This document shows, piece after piece, positions 62,845-64,000 of a DNA stretch of 64,000 bases; positions within the stretch are counted from its first letter, which is position 1; each line of letters opens with the position of its first letter. The notes beneath the pieces are model-generated. The model was not told the DNA's origin. It worked only from the letters and a program-made list of their open reading frames with translations, and did no database searches. Source of the DNA: Octopus sinensis. Its lineage: Eukaryota. Position numbers and translations under genes: made by a program. The stretch is from the NCBI RefSeq assembly GCF_006345805.1, contig NC_043000.1, positions 131,316,001 to 131,380,000 on the forward strand, given 5' to 3'.

Positions 62845-64000
62845 ATATATTATATTATATCATATATATATTATATATATATATTATATATGTACATGTG
62901 TACACATCCACATATACAATTATCTTTTTACATGCTGGTATGGGTTGGCTGGCCCTCACATCTCTCTACTCACAGTGGTCTTTCATCATCTGGCATAGAT
63001 GGCAACAGAGGAAAAAAAGCCCAACTCTGTAGTTTCTATTCTTACTTTTGGTATGGCTTCTACAGCCCCCATTACTAACCAACCATCTGCAGTGCAGACT
63101 AGGTGCATTTTACCATCATGCCTCCAGCAGCACACCCACACACAATACAAATATTTTTTTTCTTCTTTTGTTTAAAATACAGAAGCAAAAATTAATTCAA
63201 ACAAAACACAATTGACAGATTTTTTTCAACTAGAAAATCATGTAACAGAAAATATTTGTGATGTAAGAGAGAAGAAAATGGTTGTGAGGTGAAACATGAA
63301 AGAATATTGGGCTCTGAATACTTACCTGTAGAACAGGTAAAATATGGTAGGGTTATTATACATATAATGTTACAAAAATAGGAAGTGAAGAAAAAATTCT
63401 TAAACATGCAATTACAGTAGATCTAAGAGATAAGACTTTGAATTGTTGTAAATATATTCTTAAAACATCTAAGGTCTGAAATAATTTTTTTCAGACTTAG
63501 GGTACGATTATAAATATACACGCATAAACATGTATATTTATATTATGTGCATATATGTATATAAACAAGTACACATGTGTTGAAAAGCATATTGAAATAA
63601 AGAGACTTAGTAAAATTCAAGTCTTTATTATTCGTAATCTTTATATTCATCGTTAGAAAGAAAACCAACAATAGCAAAAATCTGTCTTTAGAGACTACAA
63701 AAATTGCATGGATGAAGGATGAAAAGATTTCATTTTTTTTTCATGTATTAGATGTTTCAAGGCATGAAGAAATGAAGATGTAGATATGAGGAAACCTACA
63801 TAAGGGAAAACATAACTACAAATAAACATATTCTGCTACCACCACCGCCATCACCACCACCACCACCTTCGTGAGAGTGTTAACATTGACTATGAAGTTA
63901 TTTTCTACACTCCTTTACAGCTAGCCTTCAACCCAGGAACCAAGAGGTAGTATCTCATTTCAGCAAGGATGATCAAGGAATCCTTGAGTAACATGTGTTT

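Overview
AT-rich, repeat-dense animal DNA. The SINE families and microsatellites point to an octopus or related coleoid; this is from recall, not a database search. One host gene is supported: a minus-strand SLC34A (NaPi-II, Na+/phosphate cotransporter). I assembled seven coding exons by hand: 60001-59845, 52514-52383, 50989-50798, 44413-44295, 43619-43554, 38972-38825 and 35858-34909. All have GT-AG junctions and consistent phases, giving 1764 nt (587 aa plus stop); the N-terminal exon is not found in the window. The rest is mobile DNA: a dead Tc1 (DD34E), a two-LTR Gypsy lacking its integrase core, LINE fragments (CR1-like, RTE, R4/Dong-like, CRE-like), hAT, piggyBac and Helitron-type MITEs, and dozens of SINEs. 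The most notable signal is several unrelated fold-back repeats carrying minimal type I hammerhead ribozyme motifs (CUGANGA...GAAAC-palindrome-GUH) of the Penelope-element kind. One core-intact copy is sense to SLC34A about 2 kb past its stop codon, sits beside the first canonical AATAAA signals, and faces an antisense arm that could mask it. Another appears fused to a tRNA-like Pol III head. Ribozyme activity, expression and novelty are all untested.
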